Under the pieces are notes generated by a model. It saw only the letters and a program-made list of their open reading frames with translations. It had not been told where the DNA came from and did no database searches. Of a stretch of 30,620 nucleotides of DNA, positions 15,940-25,279 are shown in pieces. Each line of letters begins with the position of its first letter. Within the stretch, counting starts at the first letter, position 1. This DNA is from a virus. Lineage: Duplodnaviria; Caudoviricetes. A program made the translations under genes and the position numbers. The stretch spans positions 1 through 30,620 of the IMG/VR virus record IMGVR_UViG_3300031802_000008; one strand, given 5' to 3'.

Positions 15940-16012
15940 GTAGGAGGCCCTTCCCTACGCGGGGAAGGGCCTCCTACACCACTAGATCATGCCCCTCCCC
16001 GCGTAGGGAAGG
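15940..16012. repeat. 16-bp hairpin with an alternative 17-bp pairing partner (REP-like or attenuator)
   Basis: 15940-15955 pairs with 15962-15977; 15949-15965 pairs with 15996-16012. Confidence 0.8.
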
Positions 16013-16026
16013 CTGCAAACCGGGTA

Positions 16027-16410
16027 CTACGTCCCGTAAACCACATCCATTTGCACAGTCACCTGGCCGAAAGTGCCTGTACCTTCCTCGTCATAAACCA
16101 CTTCGACCAAATCGCCAGCCGCCACAACCCCAGCCGTCACAGTGAAAGCGTTAGGCGTAAGCGCAGCCCAACCCGCTGTCCCCTGTATCGCTGCTGCAAT
16201 AACAGTTTCGGCTGTGCCAGCCGCCCCGCCGTTACGCAGCGCTAGACTGAAGTGGTTTGTGGCATCCGCTGCTGTTGCGTTACTAACAGTGGCATACGCA
16301 CTTACAATCTCACAACCCATCGGGGCACGCCACAGCGCCAACACATCATCCGCCGCTGGGTCGAGATCAAAAGACACCACCACCGGAAAACGCACACTAG
16401 AACCAAACAT
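16027..16410 (-). CDS. Capsid decoration-like small structural protein
   Basis: AGGAGG SD before ATG 16410; A/T/G/V-rich beta protein directly after the capsid. Confidence 0.7.
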   Translation of the reverse strand: MFGSSVRFPVVVSFDLDPAADDVLALWRAPMGCEIVSAYATVSNATAADATNHFSLALRNGGAAGTAETVIAAAIQGTAGWAALTPNAFTVTAGVVAAGDLVEVVYDEEGTGTFGQVTVQMDVVYGT

Positions 16411-16481
16411 TGCAAACCTCCTGTAGGTTTCGCCTGGAGAGAATCCCACGACCCGCCCCAATCATTCAATCAATCCCTTGC

Positions 16482-17336
16482 CTACGAGGGCGCAGTCGCG
16501 TCCGCCGTAAAGCCCACGCCCAAGGTATCCCGCGCAATCCCGTAGGCATAGCCCGCGGTAATATTCAGCTCCGTCGCCCGCAGACTCGCATCGCGCTCTG
16601 TTTCTAGCCGTGCCGCCCGCCGTGTGTCCATCATAATGGCCGGACGAACAAAGATACCCGACACCGCATCGTCACTAGCGTCTACGGCAATATTTGCCGT
16701 AGTGTAATGACTCAACCCCAGCCAACTCCCCACCGTGTAATCGCGCAGCGCTTGATTTGCCACATCGCCCAAGTGTGCGAAGGTCGCGGCAGGCTGTCCC
16801 AACTCTACCCAAAGATCATGCCAGTGGTATGGATGCCAAACCGCCACTGGCGCCCCATACTGCAGCGCCTTCGCATTGCGTAGTCGCGCCAGGCCCGCCG
16901 CAGCATTGCTAATAGTAGCCGTGCTCCCAGCCCCGTCGCCTATGTCCGTGCCAAAGCTAGAAAACAGCGTCACCAAATCCACATCGATCTTCGTTGCGAC
17001 ACTGCCACCCAACTCGACAATCGCATCCTGTACCGCGTTATCCGGGTCAGTCTCCATGTCACGATCAGTTAACACCACCTGGCTAATAATTTCCCCAGGC
17101 GTGAGTGTCGCCTGTGTGGACTTCCCGAACGTCGTCGGACTCGCGAAGTCTTGCGCATCGCTCACACTCACAGCCGAAATCTCTGGCCGTATGCTCACAT
17201 CACGCGTCATCCATCCCACCGCGCTCCTGTTGTCCACCAAATTCGACATTAAATTCATTTCACGCGCCACAAAGATCACCCGCTCATAAATCGTGTTGTA
17301 TAGACCATTAAGGTCCGTAACTCCTGTAATACTCAT
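16482..17336 (-). CDS. Major capsid protein (HK97 fold)
   Basis: 284 aa after scaffold; ELGGSVATKIDVDL backbone helix; AVWHP; RLETERDASLRATEL...YAYG; AGGAGG SD. Confidence 0.88.
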   Translation of the reverse strand: MSITGVTDLNGLYNTIYERVIFVAREMNLMSNLVDNRSAVGWMTRDVSIRPEISAVSVSDAQDFASPTTFGKSTQATLTPGEIISQVVLTDRDMETDPDNAVQDAIVELGGSVATKIDVDLVTLFSSFGTDIGDGAGSTATISNAAAGLARLRNAKALQYGAPVAVWHPYHWHDLWVELGQPAATFAHLGDVANQALRDYTVGSWLGLSHYTTANIAVDASDDAVSGIFVRPAIMMDTRRAARLETERDASLRATELNITAGYAYGIARDTLGVGFTADATAPS

Positions 17337-17381
17337 CTGTCAAGCCTCCTATGAGGGCGGGCCGAAATGCCCGCCCACAAA

Positions 17382-17930
17382 TCACCCGCCGAAAATCGCA
17401 CTCTTGCGCGTATTCCCGAAGTACAATTCGCGCAACTCTGCGTCGGTCGCTTGCACCGCTTCCACACGGCCCGGATTCGTTGGTCGTCCCCCAGCCGTGC
17501 CCGTCACCGCCAGCTTGCCCAGTGTCTCCAGCGCTTTCTCCTCATCCTCTAAGTCCAGCTTAGATAAGTCTAACAGCGCCGCTATTTCTGGGTCAACACC
17601 CGCCTTTGCAGCGAGCTTGACGACCAATGACTCCTGCTGTGCCCGTACCGCCATCGCCGCGCTTTTGGATAAATTTTCCTCCAATTCCGCTATTTTCTCC
17701 GTCAACTTCTGCCCCTCCGTTTCCTTCGTGAGCTCCAACTGCTCCAATTGCTCCGCCTTTGGCAACACACTCCTGAGTTGTTTCTCAACATCTCGCAATT
17801 GTGTGCGCCACTTTGCGGCCTCTGCGCGTAACTTCGTCACCTGGCCCTTATGATCGCCACCGTCAGCCTGTGTCGGCGCATCTTCCATCTCTAGCGTATT
17901 CAATACGCCGTCGCTCGTCTCGTCTGTCAC
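17382..17930 (-). CDS. Capsid scaffolding protein
   Basis: Acidic N-terminus; KLRAEAAKWR; KETEGQKL coiled coil. Confidence 0.85.
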   Translation of the reverse strand: MTDETSDGVLNTLEMEDAPTQADGGDHKGQVTKLRAEAAKWRTQLRDVEKQLRSVLPKAEQLEQLELTKETEGQKLTEKIAELEENLSKSAAMAVRAQQESLVVKLAAKAGVDPEIAALLDLSKLDLEDEEKALETLGKLAVTGTAGGRPTNPGRVEAVQATDAELRELYFGNTRKSAIFGG

Positions 17931-18217
17931 CTGGACATCTCCTGTAAACTGTTGTAAGCCCTGGCCGCCCCGTCAAGAGGCCGCCCCTGCCGTGCTAACA
18001 CATCCTCCAGCCACTTCGCAAGCATATGCGGAAATATAATGCGCTTTTCATTGCCGATGGTTGAATCCGGCGTGAGCGCACCCATCCGGTACAAATCCCC
18101 GATCGTACCTTGACCCCAGGGATACCCAGCCGTAACGGGGATTAGAATACTTTGCAATTCTGCCTCGCTAACCATAAGGGGGGGCATCCCCCGGAAACGT
18201 TCCACAATCTCACTCAT
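17927..18217 (-). CDS. Hypothetical protein
   Basis: Overlaps both neighbours; likely start MSEIVERF at 18217. Confidence 0.7.
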   Translation of the reverse strand: MSEIVERFRGMPPLMVSEAELQSILIPVTAGYPWGQGTIGDLYRMGALTPDSTIGNEKRIIFPHMLAKWLEDVLARQGRPLDGAARAYNSLQEMSR

Positions 18218-18542
18218 AAAACGAGAATCTCCGTACCTCCGCAACCGGATGGCTCTGTGCCTCCTGGATAACCCCCCAGGCCGCAGAAACCGCCCTATTC
18301 CGGCCTTTTATCGGCAACCCGCACAAAGACACCAATCGACAATATTTTGTGCTCAAATAGCCCTTTGTGCCCGTCTCTTCCAAAATCACACCGTCATAAG
18401 CGTACTCCCTAAGGACATCTGCCGCCATTTTCTCCGCCACCGTGCCCAAATCTAACCGTGTCTCTTTCTGCCCCTGGCGCAACAACCACCAAGACAACGC
18501 CACAAAATTGAAAGCCAGCAAAACAACCAGCGCAGTAGTCAT
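18210..18542 (-). CDS. Hypothetical protein with N-terminal TM helix
   Basis: MTTALVVLLAFNFVALSWWLL. Confidence 0.65.
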   Translation of the reverse strand: MTTALVVLLAFNFVALSWWLLRQGQKETRLDLGTVAEKMAADVLREYAYDGVILEETGTKGYLSTKYCRLVSLCGLPIKGRNRAVSAAWGVIQEAQSHPVAEVRRFSFYE

Positions 18543-18585
18543 AACCGCTTGTTATCGTCCCTGTGGAAAAACTACGTATTCAAAG

Positions 18586-18762
18586 TCAATCGTCCAACGG
18601 CTCAAACTGAATCCCATTGTCACCTGGATAGGGCCTGCTGTGGTCATCAATTCCGTCCCAAATAATGCGCGGCATTCCGTCTGGAAATGCTTCGCAATGG
18701 TTGCGATTGTTGTCATCATGATAATGACGACATATCAGACACTGTGACGTTACAGTCCACAT
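18586..18762 (-). CDS. Unannotated 58-aa Cys/His protein (CxxCxH...CxAFPxG motif)
   Basis: MWTVTSQCLICRHYHDDNNRNHCEAFPDGMPRIIWDGIDDHSRPYPGDNGIQFEPLDD*; GGGGAG SD; below the ORF-track length cut-off. Confidence 0.8.
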   Translation of the reverse strand: MWTVTSQCLICRHYHDDNNRNHCEAFPDGMPRIIWDGIDDHSRPYPGDNGIQFEPLDD

Positions 18763-18828
18763 AAATTCTCCCCTTTCAAATCAGAAAATGGTCTGGCGAA
18801 GCCAGTGCGCCCTCGTTTGTCTCGTCTG

Positions 18829-20946
18829 TCACCTGGGGATAACGCCCAGTTTTTTCCATAGTTCGTCCAACGCAGCGCCCGCCGCGTCCATGTCCTCCTT
18901 TTTTTGTGCTTCATAAGCGGTCAGAGGGCCTTTTTCTGTGACCGGTAACGTCCACCCCTCCTCCATAAGTTCTCCAATGATTTCCCCAACCAGTTGGGCT
19001 GGTCGCCTTGGGGTAGGATTGTTTAAAAACTCTGACCACGCCTCCGCTACAAATTCTGTAGTCTTTCCCTTATCCAAATCCGTTGTTGCGTATTTTGACA
19101 AGCTTCCTACAACACCCCCATCCATACGCTCTGCCACTCGTATAGCATGCGCGAGATTTCTAGGAATGTCCTCGCCGGTTTGTCTTGCTCCTATTCCATA
19201 AGCATAGTCGACTTGGTGCCCCATTTCGTGATCGATAACTGCTTTGAAGTTACCCGTTCCCTCTGGGTGAAACTGATTCTTCACTCCATATAAGCTATCA
19301 GAGTAATAGTTAAATGTTTCATTTACAGCTATTCCAGTAAACCGATCCATGTCCCCCGTCTCGAGTTGGCCTTCAATATCCGAATACGCAAGTGCCATAA
19401 CATTTTCGTAATTTTTCTTTACATAATTTTTCAAATTCGCATTAACGCTTCGGCGTATATCTTTCTCTGTATAATTCTTGTATTCTGGATTTCGGAGCAC
19501 TTGTTCTCTAACCAGCCGTTCCACTTCTGGACGAAAATGATTCTTAATTTGAATATTCCGACCCTTGAAAGTTCCCACAAAAGTTACCAGGTCTTGTGTA
19601 TCAGGAAATCTGTCGAAATGCCAAGTTACCTCCTCAACCAGTTCCCTTACGAGGTCCACTTCCAACCCTGCGAAATCTGACGACACCCCGAACTGACCTA
19701 ATAGCCAATCGCTATATTGCTTTCGACTTTTCAAATCAGGGACAATAGTATCTTGCTTTGGCTCCCCTGGCCCTCCCAGAGTCTTCGGCGCTGCCTTCCA
19801 ACCCGACCACCCACCGTTTTTCGCCGCTCTGAGACTGTTCTCTACAAACTGAGTCCCGAAAGTCTTTCGCCGACTGTGGCTTAACCCCACAAAGTCCTGT
19901 AACGTCACCTCGCCCGCCGCAAACGCTTCATACTTGCTTGGGCCCATCACGAGCGCCTGCTGCGCAGGGGGAAGCGAACCAAACCAGTCTGTCCCCGTTC
20001 CCTCTACAATGGACTTTTTTGGCCACCCCTGCCGCCGTGTACGCGGTATCGCAAAGGGCAGGACCGGTACCATCGTACAGCGACAATTTACGTGTGCTTG
20101 CATAGGCTGATCAATTGCAAACTCCTGCCCATCTAATGCGATACACGCCAGACAAGCCCTATCATCTAACGTCGCCAACCACTCCCATTCTTCCAGCCCA
20201 TTCGCCGCATAGTTTGCTCGACTGGCCTCCCTATAGCTCCTCAAGGTCTCTGTTCGTGCAATCCGTAGCGCCCTGGTCAGCCCAACCCCCATTGCGTCCG
20301 CAAACAACCGCGCCGCCTTTTTCGGACTCCAACCCGCCGTTAACGCCTCCCCCAAATTCCGCTTTACCCGGTCGATCACCTCGTCCGACAACGGAGGCGC
20401 ATCCTCAGTAGTGCCGCCCCCCAAAAAATAGTCCCGCAAGGGAGTGCCGTCCCCCAGTGTCCCGACAAACTGGTCTAATGCCTCTACCGGCACACGATTG
20501 AAAGCGCTCTGAAAGACTCCGGGCCTGAACCCTTTTGGCAACTTGCCCCTCCCTACCGCCTTGGGATAAGTGACGCGTGCCGAACGGGCTGCCGCCAGCC
20601 CGAATAACCGTTCCGACTCCGCCGTTGCCCGCTCGACAGCCGCTTGCTGCGCGCCGGCAATCACCCCCGGCGCATACCCGGCAAACTCATCTAACTTCTC
20701 AGAAACCACCCGCAGAAGGCCGGCGTATCTGTCGAGCCGTCGCACTCGATCAATCGTAAAAACAATGTCCGCCGCGATCATTGTCATCAACTGCTGGCTC
20801 AACGCATCAAAATGGCCCTGCACATCCCGAAAGACCCTGGCGTATGCGTCAGCCAACTGCTTAGCCGTCGCCCCGTCGCGCCGCTTCATAGCAGCCGCAA
20901 ACTTTTCAGCCTCGCGATATAAGTCTCCTCGCCCGATCTCAGACAT
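18829..20946 (-). CDS. MuF / SPP1-gp7 head morphogenesis protein with C-terminal HEXXH metallopeptidase-like extension
   Basis: RALRIARTET, WLATLDDRACLACIALDG, HVNCRC (MuF); VIDHEMGH and a downstream EFVAEAW. Confidence 0.88.
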   Translation of the reverse strand: MSEIGRGDLYREAEKFAAAMKRRDGATAKQLADAYARVFRDVQGHFDALSQQLMTMIAADIVFTIDRVRRLDRYAGLLRVVSEKLDEFAGYAPGVIAGAQQAAVERATAESERLFGLAAARSARVTYPKAVGRGKLPKGFRPGVFQSAFNRVPVEALDQFVGTLGDGTPLRDYFLGGGTTEDAPPLSDEVIDRVKRNLGEALTAGWSPKKAARLFADAMGVGLTRALRIARTETLRSYREASRANYAANGLEEWEWLATLDDRACLACIALDGQEFAIDQPMQAHVNCRCTMVPVLPFAIPRTRRQGWPKKSIVEGTGTDWFGSLPPAQQALVMGPSKYEAFAAGEVTLQDFVGLSHSRRKTFGTQFVENSLRAAKNGGWSGWKAAPKTLGGPGEPKQDTIVPDLKSRKQYSDWLLGQFGVSSDFAGLEVDLVRELVEEVTWHFDRFPDTQDLVTFVGTFKGRNIQIKNHFRPEVERLVREQVLRNPEYKNYTEKDIRRSVNANLKNYVKKNYENVMALAYSDIEGQLETGDMDRFTGIAVNETFNYYSDSLYGVKNQFHPEGTGNFKAVIDHEMGHQVDYAYGIGARQTGEDIPRNLAHAIRVAERMDGGVVGSLSKYATTDLDKGKTTEFVAEAWSEFLNNPTPRRPAQLVGEIIGELMEEGWTLPVTEKGPLTAYEAQKKEDMDAAGAALDELWKKLGVIPR

Positions 20947-21238
20947 CCTGCACCACCCGCCAGAGCATCATAAGGTTTGTCACAATATACCCAAAAAAGA
21001 AAAAGGACACCAAATTTGTCCAGTGAACCAAACCCTGGCCTCGTTCGCCCTTTAACACAAAACCGTCCACATACCAAACTAAAACCAGAATTGCCAAAAT
21101 GAACGCATTATTTACCATGGAAATCAACAGCATTCTAACGGGCCCACTCTGCCGGCTCCGCGTAATCGTGATCACCACACGGTCAAAGAGCACACCCAAC
21201 AAAGTCACAATCGCCGCCCCTACCCACTCACTTATCAT
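20939..21238 (-). CDS. Small multi-TM membrane protein (holin-like)
   Basis: Three hydrophobic stretches; likely start MISEW at 21238, overlapping the upstream stop. Confidence 0.6.
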   Translation of the reverse strand: MISEWVGAAIVTLLGVLFDRVVITITRSRQSGPVRMLLISMVNNAFILAILVLVWYVDGFVLKGERGQGLVHWTNLVSFFFFGYIVTNLMMLWRVVQDV

Positions 21239-21572
21239 GTAAAACCTTTCGCAGAGCTGCAATCTCTTCAAATCGTTCAGAGTTTTCCATTTTAAGTAAC
21301 CGTGCCTCGTCCTGCATCGTCTCGAGCACCGCCGCCAGGTCATCATTCTTTTTGCGTATAACCCGCAACTCCTCGAAATGCGCCTGACGTACACTTCCCA
21401 ACTCTGTCACTAGAAAACTATTAGCGATCTCCAACTCCTGCACACGCTGCGTCAAGTCGCGCTTGTCAAGAATTTCAAACACATTCGCTTGACGACGTAA
21501 CGCATACAACGCACCCGCCACCACAGCCAACACCGCCATAAGTGTAGAAACTTCAGAAATATTCGAGAACAT
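21228..21572 (-). CDS. Membrane-anchored coiled-coil protein
   Basis: LMAVLAVVAGALYAL followed by a heptad-rich region. Confidence 0.7.
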   Translation of the reverse strand: MFSNISEVSTLMAVLAVVAGALYALRRQANVFEILDKRDLTQRVQELEIANSFLVTELGSVRQAHFEELRVIRKKNDDLAAVLETMQDEARLLKMENSERFEEIAALRKVLHDK

Positions 21573-21636
21573 ACAAAATCTCTACCCCTATGATGTCATA
21601 TAACGCCCCATTATCACTACTGTATTTATCTGTGGA

Positions 21637-23016
21637 TCAACGCTCTCCCCGGTCAAACGACCGGAGTAAGAAACTCCCCAAATTGTCCGTCGCTGATGCC
21701 GTCTGGGCCTCCTCAGCCGCTAACCGCTTTGCCTCCCGCTCCACATTATAGCCTCGCCGCTCCAAGTACGTTTCCCGGCTCAAACCGCCCACAGACCGGT
21801 CCTGGGCCAGTGCCTGGGTTTGCGCCACCTCGTCGTCGGGTAGTGGCCCCTGCCACACATTTTTCACTTGCTCCACATCCGACCCAGAAATAACCAGCAT
21901 CCGATGATTAATATCCGCCAACAACCTCCCATAGGTGTTGCGCTTTGCGTTCGTCTTTTCCAACAAATCCCCATACAGAATCCGAAGCGCAAAGCCCGAT
22001 AGCGCCCCCACATTCACTTGATCAGGGTCTAGCTCCGGTACACTCGTCACCTTGCTATACGCCGTTTTCAAAAAAGACAAAAACTCCTGGGAGGAAGCCA
22101 AATCGCTCTGCATCTCCAGATTAAACACATTCGACCCCTCATTTGGAATCGTCCAAAACTGCTCTACCGCCGTCGCCTGGAGAACACTAGCGTCAAACCC
22201 CGTCCCAATCGTCTTGGGATGGGCATGAAACCGCAGAATCCGGTTTATGTTGCTTGCCGTAAAGTTGATCGCATCATTCAAGTCCGCTTCTTCCAAATCG
22301 CTGATACCCCAAAATTGATTTGGATTTGGTAAGTTCTGACAAGCCGCAATCGGCGCAAAGTCCCAGGGCCACTCCTGTTCCGCCACCGTAACCCACGTTT
22401 GGCTGTTTGCCCTGCCCTCCTGCTCGACAATCATCCAGCCCTGCCCGTCCTGGTCTATGCTGTGTCGTTTCCACACATCCCCAGCCTTCCAGACCACCCG
22501 GTAACCCCTGACGTCCTCTATATCGTCGTCAGCCGTCACCACATCCAGCGCGCTCGGGTCAAGATTAACCAGCCTGGGCAAAGCCCCAGGCACCGAACTG
22601 TCGGCGGGAAAGATGCGCACAAATGCATGCCCGCACACGCCGCCATTAATCGCAATCGACTGCAATAAGGTTGCCTTTGACTCTATACCGCCCCACGCCG
22701 CCGCCAGATAATCCTCATCCAAACGACCTTCATCGATGCCGTCCGCTTCAAAGATTACATCCTTGCCAAACAGAAAATACGCACCCTTATCCACTACCCG
22801 GCGGCTGTAATTTACGATAACATTATCATCCGCCTGGCCCTGGGATACCCTCAAATGCTTTCGATGTTGCCCGCGATAATAGCGCCACAGCAGCGCCATT
22901 AACTCCCTCCGCTCTCTGTGTTCCTGTGAAAGTGGTGCGAGCGCATCCTCTTTCTGGCCCTTTTCCTGACCCGTCAAATAGTCAAAAATTTTCATACTCG
23001 CCCACCCCCTACTCAT
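21637..23016 (-). CDS. Portal protein (SPP1 gp6-like)
   Basis: RYYRGQH, VNYSRRVVD..AYFLFG, GISDL, ALSGFALR; follows the terminase. Confidence 0.92.
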   Translation of the reverse strand: MSRGWASMKIFDYLTGQEKGQKEDALAPLSQEHRERRELMALLWRYYRGQHRKHLRVSQGQADDNVIVNYSRRVVDKGAYFLFGKDVIFEADGIDEGRLDEDYLAAAWGGIESKATLLQSIAINGGVCGHAFVRIFPADSSVPGALPRLVNLDPSALDVVTADDDIEDVRGYRVVWKAGDVWKRHSIDQDGQGWMIVEQEGRANSQTWVTVAEQEWPWDFAPIAACQNLPNPNQFWGISDLEEADLNDAINFTASNINRILRFHAHPKTIGTGFDASVLQATAVEQFWTIPNEGSNVFNLEMQSDLASSQEFLSFLKTAYSKVTSVPELDPDQVNVGALSGFALRILYGDLLEKTNAKRNTYGRLLADINHRMLVISGSDVEQVKNVWQGPLPDDEVAQTQALAQDRSVGGLSRETYLERRGYNVEREAKRLAAEEAQTASATDNLGSFLLRSFDRGER

Positions 23017-24463
23017 AGAAAGGATTTTCTGTGGCCGCCACCGGCCCCATTAACGCCAACTTATTAAAACTGCCACTCGTCGAGTCCGCCTGGTCTCGAT
23101 ACTTACCGTTGGGAATGCTTGTCAACTCGTCAAGATATTGACCATTCCAAGCCCCGCGCAACATACGCACATTGCCAGCCTCACATTGAGCCGCAAATGG
23201 CTCCATACGAACATCCTTATCGCCCGTCGGGCGGTCCGCCCGCACTGAGTAGCCCCGCAATAGCGAAATCTCCGCCATAACCGAATCCTTGCCGCTGCTA
23301 CCCGGCTCCTGTTCTATGTACACCTGTACACCCGGCCCGTCCAGTTGCGCCGTCTGTAACATAATCTGTTGTCTGTTGTGACTGCCCCACTGCCCGCGCA
23401 CCACATCCTCAACCACAAAAATACCCTCATGTTCGCACATAAGCACACCCGCCGTATAAGCGCCCCCGCCCTCCGTCGCGGCCTTATCCCAAAAGCGCAC
23501 CCGTCGCCCCTGGCTGTGTGCGGCCTCAATCACCTTGAACCATGCCCGCTTAAAACGGTTTCCCTCTGGCAACGTCGGCGCGCCCTGGTATTCAGCCGCC
23601 CACACCAGCGACCCCACATCCTGGCGCAGCCGCCCCAACTCCTCACGGCTATATCGGCCTGGAGACAGCGCATCTCCTTGCGCCCGCCCCAGTGGATCAA
23701 CTTGCCCAACCGCCCGGGCCATTTTGCGCTCATTCCGGTCTCGATCTTCCTCACTCTCTGCTATGGCGGGCAGTCGCAACACGGTCCACTCCTTACCCTG
23801 TTCTCCTAACAGCCGACCCGCCAGATCGTCCTCATGCCAGCGAGTCATAATCAGCACCACCGCCCCGCCTTCCCAAATCCTGGTCCGGAACGTCCCGCGC
23901 CACCAATCCCACACCTTATTACGCATATTGAGCGACTGGGCTTGCTCCCAATTCCGAAAAGGGTCGTCTATAATCCCCAATCCGGCGCCCTGGCCAGTCA
24001 CCGGACCGCCCACACCCACCGCCAACAATCCGCCCCTCGCCCGGTCAAGCCCCCAGCGTTGCACGTTCCGAATGTCCCGCCGTACCGTAATATTGAACAG
24101 CCGCCCGTATTCCTCAGACTCTACGACGTCCCGTGCTTGGCGGCTCTTGCTCTCCGCCAACCCAGCCCCATAGCTCGTCAGAATGACCGGCTCGTCTGAC
24201 CGACGGCCCATCCAAAAGGCGGGCAACCGCACCGCCCCCAATTCGCTCTTGCCGTGCTGTGGTGGCGCAAAAATCATTAACCGCTTACAGACCCCCTCCA
24301 CCACCGCGTCCATATGTTGGGCGATCAACTCGTGCACCGGCTCCGGCTTATAGGTCGGGAAAGTAAACCGGGTAAAATCCATTAGCGACCGCCGCCCCGT
24401 CCGTCGTCGCAACAACTCCCCGGCTGCCTCCATACGTCCTACATTGGCCGCTAGAGTCATCAT
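23009..24463 (-). CDS. terL: Terminase large subunit
   Basis: Walker A APPQHGKS; IIDDP; IMTRWHEDDLAG; nuclease motifs FWDKA and DQADS. Confidence 0.95.
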   Translation of the reverse strand: MMTLAANVGRMEAAGELLRRRTGRRSLMDFTRFTFPTYKPEPVHELIAQHMDAVVEGVCKRLMIFAPPQHGKSELGAVRLPAFWMGRRSDEPVILTSYGAGLAESKSRQARDVVESEEYGRLFNITVRRDIRNVQRWGLDRARGGLLAVGVGGPVTGQGAGLGIIDDPFRNWEQAQSLNMRNKVWDWWRGTFRTRIWEGGAVVLIMTRWHEDDLAGRLLGEQGKEWTVLRLPAIAESEEDRDRNERKMARAVGQVDPLGRAQGDALSPGRYSREELGRLRQDVGSLVWAAEYQGAPTLPEGNRFKRAWFKVIEAAHSQGRRVRFWDKAATEGGGAYTAGVLMCEHEGIFVVEDVVRGQWGSHNRQQIMLQTAQLDGPGVQVYIEQEPGSSGKDSVMAEISLLRGYSVRADRPTGDKDVRMEPFAAQCEAGNVRMLRGAWNGQYLDELTSIPNGKYRDQADSTSGSFNKLALMGPVAATENPFYE

Positions 24464-24472
24464 AATGTCTTA

Positions 24473-24967
24473 TTATCCGTCCTGGACAATCGCCGCCAAC
24501 TCCTCGTCGCTAAGCTCGACAATCGACCGCAAATCGACATTCGCACGGCTGCTACTCTTTGCCGCCGTCTCAATACCAGCCCGGTCCAAAATCGCCGTAG
24601 CTGCCCGCAGAATAATTCCCTCATCAAAACTGTTCAGTCGCTCTACCAACTTCGCAACCGCATCTGGTGACGCCAGAGCCAGCCCTTCCGCTGCCTCATT
24701 CAGGGCCTGCAACGCCTTCCCATCCCGCCAACCCTTCGCCAGCCCGTCCACCTCTGCCAACACGGCCGCAAAGATCGGATTTTTCTTCCATTTGCCGTGA
24801 TACGTTTTCCGGCTGCATGCCTCCGGCAACGTCCAAACCGTTTCCTCCGACCGCCCGGCCAAATGCGCGTCTACCAGCTGGATAATTGTCATTTTCATCT
24901 TGCCACCGTGCCGTTCGCCGTCCAACCGCTCAAGCGCGACCTGCGCCACATCTATCCATTTAGCCAT
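24473..24967 (-). CDS. Terminase small subunit (putative)
   Basis: HTH-like CSRKTYHGKWKKNPIF; RAATAILDRAG; LSDEEL C-terminus; directly upstream of TerL. Confidence 0.75.
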   Translation of the reverse strand: MAKWIDVAQVALERLDGERHGGKMKMTIIQLVDAHLAGRSEETVWTLPEACSRKTYHGKWKKNPIFAAVLAEVDGLAKGWRDGKALQALNEAAEGLALASPDAVAKLVERLNSFDEGIILRAATAILDRAGIETAAKSSSRANVDLRSIVELSDEELAAIVQDG

Positions 24968-25196
24968 CTTTTACCGCCAACACTGGCATACCGCCCGTCA
25001 TTTCGGCCGACCGCTCTAACGCCACCGCCACAATCCAGAACTCACCATCCTCCCGCCGCTGTGCCACAATCGGCCGCGGCTGTCCAAACTTCCGCAAACT
25101 CACCCGCAACCGTTCAATCTGCTGGTCAGAGTGCTGATTATAGTTAGCCGGATGGGGCTCCAACAGGCCGATCTCAATTGTTTCATTCTCAATCAT
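24960..25196 (-). pseudogene. Internally deleted ParB-domain / DNA methylase remnant
   Basis: ParB-like start (LEPHPANYNQHSDQQIERLRVSLRKFG..PIV) stops just before the expected AGH-R and joins AVALER...TGG.PVL, which resembles a methylase C-terminal tail. Confidence 0.65.
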
Positions 25197-25279
25197 ATGC
25201 AGTACACCCTACGTACACACTACTTTCTTCTATTTCAGGTCGGTTTTTCTCTCTACGCCCGATGGTTGTCTACACGAAG

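Noticed and set aside
15070-16245. 391-aa plus-strand ORF
   Set aside because: Antisense shadow of well-supported structural genes; Arg/Pro-rich, no SD, no motifs
17337-17384. Scaffold-capsid readthrough fusion (the genes are in frame)
   Set aside because: A second in-frame TAG lies in the spacer and the capsid gene has its own strong SD
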